This document shows positions 26,296 to 39,828 of a stretch of 64,000 nucleotides of DNA, piece by piece. This DNA comes from Octopus vulgaris (lineage: Eukaryota), in NCBI GenBank assembly GCA_951406725.2, contig OX597830.1, positions 8,990,001-9,054,000 on the forward strand, given 5' to 3'. The notes under the pieces were generated by a model that was not told where the DNA came from, did no database searches, and saw only the letters and a program-made list of their open reading frames with translations. The translations under genes were made by a program, and so were the position numbers. The stretch's first letter is position 1. Every line of letters begins with the position of its first letter.

Positions 26296-26945
26296 CCATG
26301 GGATTGCACCTAGAAAGTTCCCCTCCCAGGCACAAGTCTGGGCAATGTTGTTTATCAAAGACCAGCAATTGCCCATGCATACCGGCCTCCCCTCTTTCCA
26401 CTTCACTGATGTTATCAAAGGGAAAGGCAAAGGGGTCGATACAGCTTGGCGGCTGTGACGTCGCTACTCGTTTCTACAGCTGAGTGAACAGGAGCCATGT
26501 GAAATAAAGTGTCTTGCTCAAGAACACAATACGCAGCCTGGTCTGGGAATCGAACTCACTACCTCACGATTGTGAGCCCACGATTGTGAGTTTCAGTTGA
26601 TCCGATTAACAGAACAGCCTACTCATGAAATTACTGTGTAAGTGGCTGAGTACTCCACAGACACGTGTACCCTTAACGTAGCTCTCAGGGAGATTCAGCA
26701 TGACATACAGTATAACAAGTCTGGCCCTTTGAAATACAGGTACAACAGAAACAGGAAGAAAGAGTGAGAGAAAGTTGTGGTGAAAGAAAGAGTACAGCAG
26801 GGTTCGCCACCACTCCCTGTCAGAGCCTCATGGAGCTTTAGGTGTTTTCACTCAATAAACACTCAAACACCCAGTCCAGGAATTGAAACTGCATTCCCAT
26901 GACCGTGAGTCTGCTGCTCTAACCACTGGGCCACTGCGCCTCCAC
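26296..26945 (-). mobile_element. SINE family C (26296-26590) abutting SINE family D (26592-26945, tRNA-like head)
   Basis: The C part is colinear with 63702-63996. The D part is colinear with 56381-56748 (GGCCCAGTGGTTAG head; AAGGGTACACGTGTCTGTGGAGT.CTCAGCCAC tail). Confidence 0.85.
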
Positions 26946-27414
26946 ATGCATTAGATAGATAGGTAGATAACTAGTTCAAGTTTACAGAAAAACAAAAGAT
27001 GAAGACAGGTGAGACAACAACAGGCAGGTGTATTAGTTTAACACTCGGGAAGAATGGAAAAGTTTTTGATATTTCGAGCCTATGCTCTTCAGCAGTAAGG
27101 ATTGAGAAGTAAAAAATGGAGAGAGAATGAAAAAATGGAAAGAAAAATAAATGTGTAGGGATTAATGGTCCAACATGTATATACATATACACATACCTTT
27201 CTTATATACATACTTGCATATACATACCCTAGAGCATGCATGATTGTGCAGTTAAGAATACTTCTCAGCCATGTAATTTTAGGTTCAGTCTTACTGGGCG
27301 GCACCTTGAGCAAGTGTCTCCATTTATAGCCTTGGTCTGACCAAAGCCTTGTGAGTGGATTCGGGAGAAGGAAACTGAAAGAAGCCCATTACATAACTTT
27401 ATATATATTTTTAT

Positions 27415-28095
27415 GGAGCACTCTGTCGGTTATGATGACATGGGTCCCAGTTGATCTGATCAATGGAACAACTTGCTTGTGAAATTAACATGCAAGTGGC
27501 TGAGCACTCTACAGACATGTGTACCCTTAACATAGTTCTCAGGTACAACTCATATTTGCTAGCTTAATGGACTGGAGGAACGTGAAATAAAATGTCTTGA
27601 TCAAGAACACAATGAATTGCCAGGAATTGAACTCGCGACCTTACTATCATGAACTGAATGCCTTAACCACACGCCTTCATGTACCTTTCTGTAGAAGAGC
27701 ATAGGCTCGAAACTTAAAAGACTTTTTCTAAGCGCTATACTAATACATCTGTTTGTTTTGTACACCACCTGTCTTCGTCTCTTGTCTTTTTTTCGTAAAC
27801 TTTCCCTATATATATATATATATATATACACATACATACGTGATATTGTACACATTAGTGGTTACAGTATTTGGTTCATGCTCTCAATTGTAAGGTCAAG
27901 AGTTCAATCCCTGGTAACACATTGTGTTCTTAAGCAAGATACTTTATTTCACATTGCTCCAGTCCACTCAGCTGGCAAAAATGAGTTGTACCTGTATTTC
28001 AAAAGGCCAGCTTTGTCACATCCTCTTTCATGCTGAAATTTCCTTAGAATTTCATTAAAGCTATGCTCATCGGTGGAGTGCTCAGCAGCTTGCTT
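27415..28095. mobile_element. Inverted pair of hybrid SINEs (C-like head, D tail) flanking a Penelope-type hammerhead repeat
   Basis: 27415-27680 minus and 27850-28095 plus. The repeat at 27681-27807 matches 41860-42047 and 50097-50282. Confidence 0.7.
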
Positions 28096-28556
28096 AATCT
28101 TTTCAACTGTCCATTATTCAAGCTGCTTGACTAACGGACAGAGTCAACAACTATTGAAAATGTTGCAAGATGCAACAAAAAATTTTAGAAAAATAAATAA
28201 GTAAATGAGTGAAAATTTTACCAGTGAGTGTGTTAAATTATAAGGCCCTAAAAAAGAATGACTCTCCCCAGACACAAGAGAGTATAAATATATAGTTAAT
28301 CCAAACATGAACAAAGAAAACACAACAACGCGAGGTCGAGGAACAAGTATAGTGTTATTGGACGCTCAGGAAAGGAAAAAAATAAGGAGGATTTAAAGTT
28401 TCAAGTGGAGTTCTTCGTCAGAATCATAGGAAAAGGAAAGGTCCAAGGAAGGGAAGACGGAGAAAGAAAATCGCCAACGATACACAAGCGGTGAAACAGA
28501 GATACATATAGGCACACACACACATACAGAGAGAAAAGGAGAGAGAGAGAGCAGTG

Positions 28557-28609
<53 letters not shown>

Positions 28610-28613
28610 GTAG

Positions 28614-28664
<51 letters not shown>

Positions 28665-29219
28665 AACACACAAATATACAGGTGTGTTGATGCAAATAGG
28701 AAAAATAGAACACAAAATATGAGTATATGAATATTTTTATTAAACTCTCCCCAATTCTCTCCTTATCTCTTCCTGCTCTTTCCTCTCTGTTGTCAGACTT
28801 TTCATAAGCCCAGATTATGGAACTAACCCCATCATCCTTATAGAAATGTATTGTTTATTGATATCCACATTCACAGAGAATCACATACACACACACAGAC
28901 ACACTCACACAAGCTGACACACACAAAGATATACACATCGATGCACAGACACATATGTATGTATATATGGGTCCACTACATGGTCAGTTGATTTGCTGGA
29001 AACATTAGCCAAATCTCTCTCTCTCTCAAATTACATTCTTTTGTCTTAGAAAAGGACATGGTGGATATCAAAGCCTCAGATTCCCTGAACATTGGAAGGG
29101 ATGGTCATGGATAGAATTCTTTTTATCACAGGTTTGTCTGTTAGGTCGGACTTGAACAATAGTTGGACATCAGCATAGAACACGTGCACACACCATCAAG
29201 AATATCACGGCAGTTTAAA

Positions 29220-29710
29220 CTACCACCACCATCATCATCATCAGCACTACTTTTACCAGCACCACCACCACCACCAACATCACCACTTTTACTAGCAACA
29301 TCACCACTTTTACTAGCAACACCACCACCACCATCATCATCATTACCACTACTTTTACCAGTAACACCACCACCACCAACATCACCACTTTTACTAGCAA
29401 CACCACCACCACCACCACCATCATCATCATTACCACTACTTTTACCAGCACCACCACCAACATCACCACTTTTACTAGCAACACCACCACCACCATCATC
29501 ATCATCATTACCACTACTTTTACCAGTAACACCACCACCAGCATCATCACCACTGCTTTTACCAGCACCACCAGCACCATCATTGTCGTCATCACTTTTA
29601 CCGGCATCACCACTATCACCATCATCACCACCACTTTTACCAGCACCATCATCACTTTTACTGGCAACACCACCACCACCACCACCATCATCGTCGTCAT
29701 CATCATAACA
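29220..29710. repeat. Minisatellite built on CCACTTTTACTAGCA(ACACC)... with ACC/ATC spacers
   Basis: About 12 copies of a CTTTTAC(C/T)(A/G)G(C/T)A core separated by variable trinucleotide runs. Confidence 0.85.
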
Positions 29711-30524
29711 GTACAGAGCAACATTTATGCTACTGCCATCATCATCATCATCATCTGCAGCATCGTCGAAACCAAACTCACTGCTACTTATCACTACCAT
29801 CATCATCACCACCATTGCCAGTGCCATCACCACCACCACCATCCCGAGCAACATCACCACCTACTCAGAAATATCATTAGCACTCATTTGGGGTATCACC
29901 TCCAACCCCTCCACCCACCACCACCACCAGGAACACCATCACCTCCACCACCATCTATACGACAAGATACATTACCAGAAAGAAGAGAGTGAAGATGGGA
30001 AACTAGCATAGGAGAGAGAGAAATACTGACACAAAGTGAGAGAGAGAGAGAGAGAAAGAGAATAGTGAGAAAAAAATAAGAGAAAAAAGAGAGAGAGAGA
30101 GTAAGGACAAAACGAAAATAACAGAGAGAGAGAGAGAAAATAAGAGAGGATAGTGAGAAACTAAGAGAGAGAGAGTAAGAATAGAGAAAAAGAAAATAAC
30201 AGAAAGAGAGAGAAAATAACAGAGAGAGAGAGAGAGAGAGAGCGAGAAAGTTTCAACAAGAGAGTTGGAATGTGAAAGAGAGAGTGAGAGGAGGAAAAGG
30301 AAGAGATATACTGAATGAGTGAGAGAGAATGAGAGAGAAAAGAAAGATAGAAAGATGTGTGTGTGTGTGTGTAGGGTATGGATGGAGGGAGTAGTAATGA
30401 TATAATTAAATGCAATTCTAAGTTTCTGAAAAGAGCAATTATAGATTTCATATATATCATTATATTAATTATATAAATACATATAAGTATAAACACTTAT
30501 AGGAAATTGTACACACACACACAC

Positions 30525-30560
<36 letters not shown>

Positions 30561-30705
30561 CACACTTGTATATCTGTGCACACAACATTATATACAAATA
30601 TATATCTACATATATGTGTATGTGTGTGTGTATATATATATAGATATATATATATTATACATACATAGATGAACACACTATAATGTAATATTATATATAT
30701 ACATA

Positions 30706-30736
<31 letters not shown>

Positions 30737-30749
30737 CTATATAACTATA

Positions 30750-30813
<64 letters not shown>

Positions 30814-33339
30814 TAGATAGATAGATAGAGAGAGAGAGATATACATAGATAGACAGACAGATATATACATATATATTTTCAATAAGTGTTTCATCTCTGC
30901 TCTTTTAATTCCATTCTCTTTGATATTAGTTCCGGTTTAAAAGGTGAGTGTATATAGTGATGTAATAGATTGAGATGAGATAGTAGGATGGTGTGGAGAG
31001 GGGGAGATAAAGAGAGAGAAACAGGTGAGAAATGGTAGGGGAAAACATCAAAGAGAAGGAGCAAGAGATGGAGGGAGAAATATATGGAAAAGAGAGAGAC
31101 AAGAATTGGCATGTGTGTATGTGTGTGTGAGTGTGTGTGTGTGTGTGTGTAGATATATCTTGTTTTTCACACACAAACATACATAGATAAGACACAGAAA
31201 TATATAAGTGTGCATGTGTGTTTATATATTAGCCAGAGAGATTTAGACAGAGATATATATATAGGCACACACACACACACATACATACAAAGAGAAAAGG
31301 AGAGAGAGAGAGAGGTGGAATAATAGATAGAGAGATAGATGGATATATAGATAGATAGGAAGATAGATAGATACATACATACATAGACAGACAGATAGAT
31401 AAATAGATAGATATATAGAGAGATAGATAGAGAGATAGACAGACAGACGGACAGGCAGAGACTGACAAATAGTGTGAAAAAGATTAATTTTAAAAAATCT
31501 ATCATCTTGACATGAAAGAGATGTTAAAAACAATACTGAATAAATTTTGCATAAATCTATAATTTGATCTGTGTGTGTATGTGTGTGTGTGTATTATACA
31601 TACACACACATATATACATATATTTATATATAAGTGACACTGCTTTAGTATAGTGGTTAGCACAGCTCTATAGTTCGCAGTAGACAATTTTCAAATACTT
31701 AAGCCAATGTTACCACTTATCCTGTTGCTGTCTCCTTTCTATATCTTCCACTCACACAAACACACATGCATATAACAAGCCTTGTTTGGCAAATGGGAGA
31801 ATCAAAACTCATTCTCAGAACTTCTATTTTTATCATCTGAAGAACCACAGTAACTCCAGAATCTCGGATAGATACACTGACATGGAACTGCATGTACACT
31901 TGACACATTAGTACTTGTAACTTACAATGGTAAATAAATTTTTTTCTTTGTATACTATCCATCTTTTGCCACCTATATAAGCTGTATACAAGCTTGAAAT
32001 TTACTAAAATCTGACACCAGGATCTTTGGAGCCTACTAACCTATCTTTCTATGGCTGGATTCTCTTCATGTCACCAGCCCTCACCGGTTTCCAAGCAAAT
32101 GAATATTTCCCATTGCCAGAAATGGTTTTCTATGTATGTTAAAGATAGAGTCTTTATAAAACAGTATATTCACCACCATAATTACCTTATTTATAAAGTT
32201 TGGTAAATTGTAATATATTTCAAACAACCTTATTAGCCATTAAACAATACTGTTTTTCAAAGCCCATATATATTTTGATAACCTGGTGTCTAAGGATCTT
32301 TCCAGATTTCCAAAAGAATATAAATGTTGATTAAAGCATCAATTAAATTTATTTCCAGTTAACCCAATGTAATCTTTGAATACAGACTATCAACATGAAA
32401 TATTCATTGGTCAGTTTACACAATGATTGTGAATACGATGATGATGATGCTGACAATAATGATGAGAAAGGGTGATCATGATGATAATGGTGGTGATGAC
32501 CATGAAGGTGATGATGGTGATGTTGATGGAGGAAATAATGATGATGATAGTGAGGGTAATGACGACAATAATTATGGTATACATCACTTTTCTGCACACT
32601 ACCATCATCCTAATCACATCATCATCATCACCACCACCACAACCATTACTATTATCATCATCATCATTATTGTTATTATCATTATCACTATCATCATTAT
32701 AATTGAAATACTTTTCATTTGTTTTGATGTAATATTACAAATATCAAAAATGGAAAACAAGGAAAAATAAAAGACACCACAACAACAACAACAATTTCTT
32801 AAATGGAATAAAGACAAATTCCATATTAATTTTGCTTTTATTTTCTTATTTATTTATTTTTTCTGGTCCAAAACATTAGATTTGTTGTGGGTCAGTGATT
32901 CAGTTAGAGACTAAATTAATGAAGATTCAGTCACAAGTTCAATTAATGAGATTAGGTACAATTTTGACGAAGTTCTCCACTTTTTTATGGGGTTTGTCTG
33001 GTGAAGAATTTTTCTAATATGAATTGTAAAAATTCTGCTTCTAGCCAATATGATTGATCTTGTATTGTTATATATAATGAGAGAGAGTGAGAGAGACAGA
33101 GAGAGAGAGAGAGAGAGTGAGAGAGGAAGGGACTGAAGAGAGTAGGAGAGAGAGAGAGAGAGCAAGAGAGAGGGAGTGGGAGGCAGTGAGTACTGGAATA
33201 GTAAAAAGGGAGTGGGCAGAGTAGTGTTTCCATTGTACAGAATTGCTTTGATGTAATGGTGATACACACTAAATTTAAAGGGCAAAGGGGAAAAAAGTGT
33301 GTATGTGAGAGTGTGTGTATGCATATATGCATGTGTGCG

Positions 33340-33344
33340 TGCAT

Positions 33345-33391
<47 letters not shown>

Positions 33392-33427
33392 TAAATGTAT
33401 GAATATATACATACATGTCTATATTCA

Positions 33428-33484
<57 letters not shown>

Positions 33485-33526
33485 CTGTAATACTTTACTG
33501 CTCTGTACTTCTTGTTTGGATATATA

Positions 33527-33600
<74 letters not shown>

Positions 33601-34050
33601 CGTATATAAATATATACATACATAATATATATACAATATATATATATATATAAATATACATACATACATAATATATATACAATATATATAAATATACATA
33701 CAATATATATATATATAATATATATACACAGATATATATAATATATAAACCTAATATATATACACATACACACACATGCATATGTATAAATGCATAGTTA
33801 CATACACATATGAATATATAACAATGTTTTATATATAAATATATATATGCATGTAAACAAACATATACACACACACATTTATATATATATATATATATAT
33901 ATACCTATATATAAACATACACAATTAAACACACACACATGTAAAAATATTTATGTGTGTGTAAATATATATATAAATGTGTATTTACTTACATATACAT
34001 ATGTATGACACAAAGACATATTTTATATATATATATATATATAAACACAC
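33340..34050. repeat. Long degenerate (TA)n/(CA)n tract
   Basis: Seen directly. Confidence 0.9.
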
Positions 34051-34389
34051 GCATATAGATAATTGGCTGAATTCATTTTTTTCTAAGGTGGTCCACTAAT
34101 AGAATTTTAGTTGTTGTTGTTGTTTGTGGTGGTGGTGGTGGTGGTGGCTGAGGTTGGGTTATTGATGTTGTTGATCTTGTTGGTCATTGTTGCATGCAAT
34201 GGAGTGGTGGCAATGGTGGTGGTGGTGGTGTTGATGGTGTGGTCTTTATACATTGTTGGTAGTTATAGTGGCATTACCAGAGTTGTGGGTCAGTGGTGGT
34301 TGTGGTTGTTGTTGTTGTTGTAGGAGTAGGATAAAAGCAACATTGCTTGTGATGTTTGAGATGATAGAGTCTGTTATCAAGATAGCTTT

Positions 34390-34880
34390 GTAAGGGGGAG
34401 AGAGAGGGAGAGGGAGAGAGGAGAGAGAGAAGGGGAAGAAGAGGAAGGTAGAGATGGAGAGAGAGGAAAAGAAAGATGGGGAGATGAGGTGAGGGAAAGG
34501 TAGAGGGAAATGTGGAGAGAGAGGGATGGAGAGAAAGAGGGAGGTGGAGAGAGAAAGAGAAAGAAAGGGAAGAAAAGAGAGAAGAACAAGGAGAGGGGGA
34601 GAAATGGAGAGGTGAAGAGGGAAAGGTGGAGAGAGAGGGATGGAGAAAGAGGTGGAGAGAAAGAGAGGGAGGTGGAGAGAGAAAAGAGAAGGGGAAGAAA
34701 AGAGAGAAGAAAAGGGAGAGGGGAAGAAATGGAGAGGTGGAAACAAAGAGAGGTGGAGAGAGCTCTTTCGCCCTCTCTCTCTCTCCCTCTCTCTGGAGAG
34801 AGGTGAAGAAAGAGTAGAGAGATAGGAGAGAGAATGAGGAAAACAGGGAGAGAAAGAGAGGAGGAAGAGATAGACAGCCA
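34390..34880. repeat. Polypurine (GA-rich) tract with a repeated GGTGGAGAGA sub-unit
   Basis: Seen directly. Confidence 0.9.
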
Positions 34881-35244
34881 GGCAGCCAGATAGACAGACA
34901 GAAGGGAACCGAAATGATGGCAGTGGTGGTGGTGGGGGGAGACCCTTTGAAGTAATTAGTTTAATAAAATAAAGGGAAAAACGAGAGAAAACAACAAAAA
35001 GCAAGAAATAAACATAAAAAAAATAAGGGAAAGAAAGAAGGAAAAAATGGGACAAAGAAAGAAAGCGGTGAAATATTTTCTAGAAATACAGTTATGGAGA
35101 GGAGGAGGAGGAGGTTCTGTTTAGTATGAGTGACCTTTGGGTCATATACTGACCTTGGGTCACTCATATTTTGGTGATTGATAGCAATATTGACTGCCAG
35201 GAGTAATTAGTATTACTTTTGAAAGAAATCAATATGATGATTTG

Positions 35245-35443
35245 GCACGCTGGCAGAATCGTTAGCATGCTGGATAAGTATGCTTAGCAGCATTTCGTAG
35301 GCCCTTATGTTCTGAGTTCAAATTCTGTTGGGGTCAACTTTGCCTTTCATCCTTTTGGGGTCAATAAATTAAGTACCAGTGAAAGACTGGGGTTGATGTA
35401 ATCAACTATCCAAATTTCAGGCCTTGTGCCTATAATAGAAAGG

Positions 35444-35445
<2 letters not shown>
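35245..35445 (+). mobile_element. SINE family B copy
   Basis: GCTGGCAGAATCGTTAGCA head, GCCTTTCATCCTTTTGGGGTCAATAAATTAAGTACCAG core and (ATT)n tail. Confidence 0.85.
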
Positions 35446-35477
<32 letters not shown>

Positions 35478-35480
<3 letters not shown>

Positions 35481-36512
35481 GCTCCACCTTAGTTAAGAGG
35501 GAGGTATTGTTTTCAGTCATGTTTGTTTGCTTGTCCATGGACAAGATATCTCAAGACCCGCTGGATGGATTTGGATGAAACTTTCAGGGACTGGCATGAA
35601 GTGATCAGATTTTGGGATCGATCTGGTACCGGACAAGGATTCTGGATTATTCGTTATATTTACTTTACAAGAAGTATTACAATCTTACATTCACTTTCAA
35701 GTCTTTCTCTGATTATCTTCCTCGAAAGCAAGCTCATAGTTTCCAGGTAAGTTATGGCAGCATTGCTGTTTCCAAAGTCTTATTTTCGGTTCTCTATTAT
35801 TAATTTTACTTGTGTTTCTATCTTAGTAGAAACTGATGGATAAAGAAATCAAATGATACAAACAAACGGCAGCAAAACCGTTTAGAAATTAAATAACACT
35901 AATATATTCAGTAACAATAACGAATCTAATTTATCCTTGGCAATTTTTAGTTTTACCAATTTTGAATATATCGCTCCTGTTTAAAACCTTTTACCTACTT
36001 GACAATTGTATTTCTAGCTCTGCCTTGAAGGAAGCTTTACTTCTTGGACTCACGTTTTTGTGTACATCGATGTTGTTGAACCTTCCTTAACAGCACCGTA
36101 TGCAGGTTCTTTCCGTTTTCTTTCATGCACAGATAAATTTTTCACTATAGACCTTAATGGTTGTAAAGACACTATATCAGTGGATAGACTAAAAAATGCC
36201 TTCATAGAGAAAATTGTCCGTTTCCACCGCAGACAACACACACACAGCATTACAAACACGGACCTCACACCCACCTTCACATTCCATGACTACCATTGGG
36301 ATCGGTCAGGTACTGGACAAGGATTCTGGATTATTTTCCTGTTTTTTTTACTTAATTTTTGAGAGTGGTTGGGTTCATTTTTAGTATTCTCGTTTGATAG
36401 AACAGTCAAGTTTATTTCAGATATTCTCATTTTAAAAATCATCTCTGGCTAATCATTGAGAGGATGTTGGTGTTGCCTTGGTGAAGGTTTTCACTCTCTG
36501 AGTGATCTTGTT
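35478..36512 (+). mobile_element. Helentron/DINE-1-like non-autonomous element with internal insert
   Basis: 5' inverted repeat CTCCACCTT...AAGAGGGAG and a GTTT microsatellite. 3' sub-TIR CTTGGTGAAGGT plus stem-loop TCACTC-TCT-GAGTGA. T-rich flanks. Confidence 0.65.
36036..36209 (+). pseudogene. Gypsy LTR-retrotransposon integrase C-terminal (GPY/F) fragment
   Basis: WTHVFVYIDVVEPSLTAPYAGSFRFLSCTDKFFTIDLNGCKDTISVDRLKNAFIE matches the pattern THVFVR.D....L..PY.GPF.VL.R.DK.F.I..NG..DTVS.DRLKPA. Confidence 0.85.
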
Positions 36513-37587
36513 ATCATTATTAAGTAAGAGAGCAGTTCATGCCATCAAAGTAACACTGGGGTAAAATATACGAAGCCCAGTATATCCATCGTGACTACCC
36601 GTCTGATAAGGGTACACCAGGCACATGCGTCACAACCATATGTGCATGACATGGTGATCTCATATCAAGATAAACAGTGCATGACCTTGCAGGTAGGGCC
36701 CATTTAAAATTTTCTTCAGGTCTAGTAGCCCATCCTGCTCAAAAGGTCCCTGTTTAAGGATGTTCAACAAAACACCCATGTTTCCAAAGGTGAATTATCC
36801 AAACCCCAAAGAATTCTTCTCAACACATGGCTATGATGCTCCCACACCACTTCTGCTCGTAATCAGAGATACATACATCATCAAAGGGACATGCTCAACT
36901 GGTTACGGTCAAGCAAATGACAAGCAAATCTGTGGCATTATGCAGAATATTTGCTGTAGCCCGATTATTATTATTATTATTATTAAAATTATTAAGGCAA
37001 TGAACAAGCAGAATCCTTAGCAGTCAAGATGAGAAGTGAGAGGGGGTTAAAAAAGAGAGGGAGGAGAGATGGAGAAGGGGAGAGAGAGAGAGAGTGAGAG
37101 AGGAGAAATGCTTAGCATCATCTCTATGTTCTGAGTTCAAATTCCTCTGAAGGTGACTTTGTTTTTCAGGGGTCAATAAAATAGGTACCAGTTGAATACT
37201 GGGGAGGGGGATCAATGTATTTGATTAACCTCCTACTTCCCCTAAAACTTTCCAGCCTTGTGCAAATAGTTGAAAGGATTATTACAATAACGGTAGCGAG
37301 CAACAGAATCGGTGGATCACCACTCAAAAGAGCTAGAATCGGTGAATCACCATGAAAGCGGTGCCATTGGTTGCAATCTTCTGTGGAAACATGCCCAGTC
37401 AAGGGGAAAATCCCACCTTGCTGGGAAAGAAGTAAGGATTGCCGACAGGAAGGGCCCTTAGCTATAGAAAAACTACCTCAATAAATTTTTGTCTGACCCA
37501 TTGCAAACAGAAAAACGGACACTGGAATGATGATGGTGGTGGTGCTGCTGTTGATGATGACAATGATGATGATGATTAAGTGGAAGC

Positions 37588-37737
37588 ATGGCTATGTGGT
37601 TGGAAGATTGCTTCCCAACTACATGGGTTCTGGGTTCAGTTCCATTGTGTGGCATCTTGGGGAAGTGTCTTCTACTACATCCCCAGATCAAACAAAGCCT
37701 TGAATGGATTTTGGTAGACGGAAACTGAAAGAAGTCC

Positions 37738-37772
<35 letters not shown>

Positions 37773-37970
37773 CTGTTTGTCTCTCACCACTGCTTGACAT
37801 CCAGTATTGGTATGTTTACATCCCCATAATTTAGTAGTGTGGCAAAAGAGATTTTGAGAATTAAGTACCAGGCTTAAAGAAAAAAATTCTGTAGACAATT
37901 CATTTGGCTACAATTCTTCAAAGAGGTGCTCCAGCATGGCTACAGTCTAATGACTGAAACAAGTAAAAAG
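37588..37970 (+). mobile_element. SINE family A copy
   Basis: Full head, core and tail. Confidence 0.85.
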
Positions 37971-38504
37971 ATGAAAGATAATGATGATGATGATGGTGGT
38001 GGCTTTGATGATGTTAATGAGGAAGATAATGATGATTACACACACACACATATATATATGTGTGTATATGTATATATATATATATCCTGGTTTATATATC
38101 TGCAACAAAATGAGCAACGCATGGTGCTGGAAGGAGTGGTATTTAATAGTCTTCAATATTACAGTTTGTTAATTGAAATACAATGTAGAAATATAGCAGA
38201 AACAGTGCCAAGTTGGTAGGCGGGATTAATGGGAAAAACTGTGTCAAAAATATGTAGAAAAAAAATAAATTAAAAATACAAAACAAAAAAAAAACAAAGA
38301 AGTTTCAAAAAAATGCACACAAAGAAAGTGCATGTTTGTTCTGCTATTGCTGATGGTTAGAAATGTTCCAGCAGTTCTTTCTTCTCATCTTTCCATTCCA
38401 GTGAACCAATTCTTTCAAAAATATAATCTTTGGTTTTGGTTTTTATCTGCTAGATTCAGGAGATTATCTTTTGAAATTTGATTGTAAATGGCATTTATCT
38501 CTCT

Positions 38505-38574
<70 letters not shown>

Positions 38575-38679
38575 ACTGATAGTGCTGTTGCTGTGCAATC
38601 TTCAAAATGCTTCTGGCAAAACCAAGCTGACAATGTCAACTTGATCTGACAGTACATGTCAGATTTTTCCCAGAGTTGT

Positions 38680-38770
38680 CCCAGTTTCGAGCTGGTGTCA
38701 GACAACGGGATGTTCTTCTACCAATGCCTTTCCGATGTGTTTCTAGGATACGTGACAGCAAAAGCCTTCA
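38680..38770 (+). pseudogene. Short LINE reverse transcriptase remnant
   Basis: FRAGVRQRDVLLP resembles the RT motif GVRQG..LSP. Confidence 0.5.
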
Positions 38771-38961
38771 ACTCCTTCAAAGAAACGCAATGTTTAAGTA
38801 TGAGGCAGAGAAGTTAGTAGTCTCCATTTTACCAGGAATATTGATTAAGGAGAACATAACGAAGAACTGAAGAAATCTAGCAACATACCCTGATACAAAG
38901 TTCAAGAAAATCCTCCTCCTCCTCCTCATTATCATCATCAGCTTCATCGTCGTTTTAATAG

Positions 38962-39330
38962 GTGCAGGTGTGGCTGCGTGGTAAGAAGCTTGTTTCTCAA
39001 ATACATGGTTCCGGGTTCAATCCCACTGTATGGCACCTTGGGCAAGTGTCATCTGCTATAGCTTCAGGTTGACCAAAGCCTTGTAAGTGGATTTGGTAAA
39101 AGGACAAAGTGTGTGTAAGTGTGTGAATTTGTGTTTGTCCCCCACCTCCACCACTTGATAACTGGTATTGGTTTGTTTACATCCCTGTAACTTACTGGTT
39201 CAGCAACAGAGACTGATAGAATAAGTACCAAACTTAGGATAACAGAAAAAAAATGTAGAGGACAATTTGTTAAAACCCTTTGAGATGGTGCTCCAGCTTG
39301 GGCACAGTCTTAATGACTGAAACAAGTAAA
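38962..39330 (+). mobile_element. SINE family A copy
   Basis: Family A head and tail motifs. Confidence 0.85.
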
Positions 39331-39355
39331 AGATAAAAGATGCATATACATTCTT

Positions 39356-39409
<54 letters not shown>

Positions 39410-39828
39410 GCAAAATGGCTGAGTTCCTTTCAAGCATTGAGCCTCACGGAGGCAAAGTGGCTGAGTTCCTTTTGAGCAGTGGGACTCATGGAGGCAATGA
39501 CCGAGACCTTTGGCTTTATGTCATGCTTAAGAAGAAGAACCATCAAGCTGAGCAAAATCACAGATGTGGCATATACTGGTGTCATGCAAATTGGCACCTG
39601 TGCCAGTGACATGTAAATTCCTCTCATGTCACGTAAATGTCACCCATGCCAGTGGCACGTAAAAGCACTTGGTACACTCTGGGAGTGGTTGGCATTAGAA
39701 AGGGCATCCAGCCATAGAAAACTGCCAAATCAGACTGGAGTCTGGTGCAGCCACTCAGCCGACCAGAACTGGTCAAACCATCCAACCCATGCCAGCATAG
39801 ACAATGGACATTAAAAGATGATGATGAT
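39410..39828 (+). mobile_element. RTE LINE 3' end: ORF C-terminus remnant plus family E UTR
   Basis: CTCACGGAGGCA...GACCGAGACCTTTGG (LTEA..DRDLW.YV.L.K) resembles RTE ORF ends. It runs directly into GGCACGTAAAAGCAC units and the GGACATTAAAAGATGATG tail. Confidence 0.65.

Noticed and set aside
34246-35055. 269-aa ORF, the longest in the window
   Set aside because: A polypyrimidine strand lacks stop codons by composition; no domain is recognisable.
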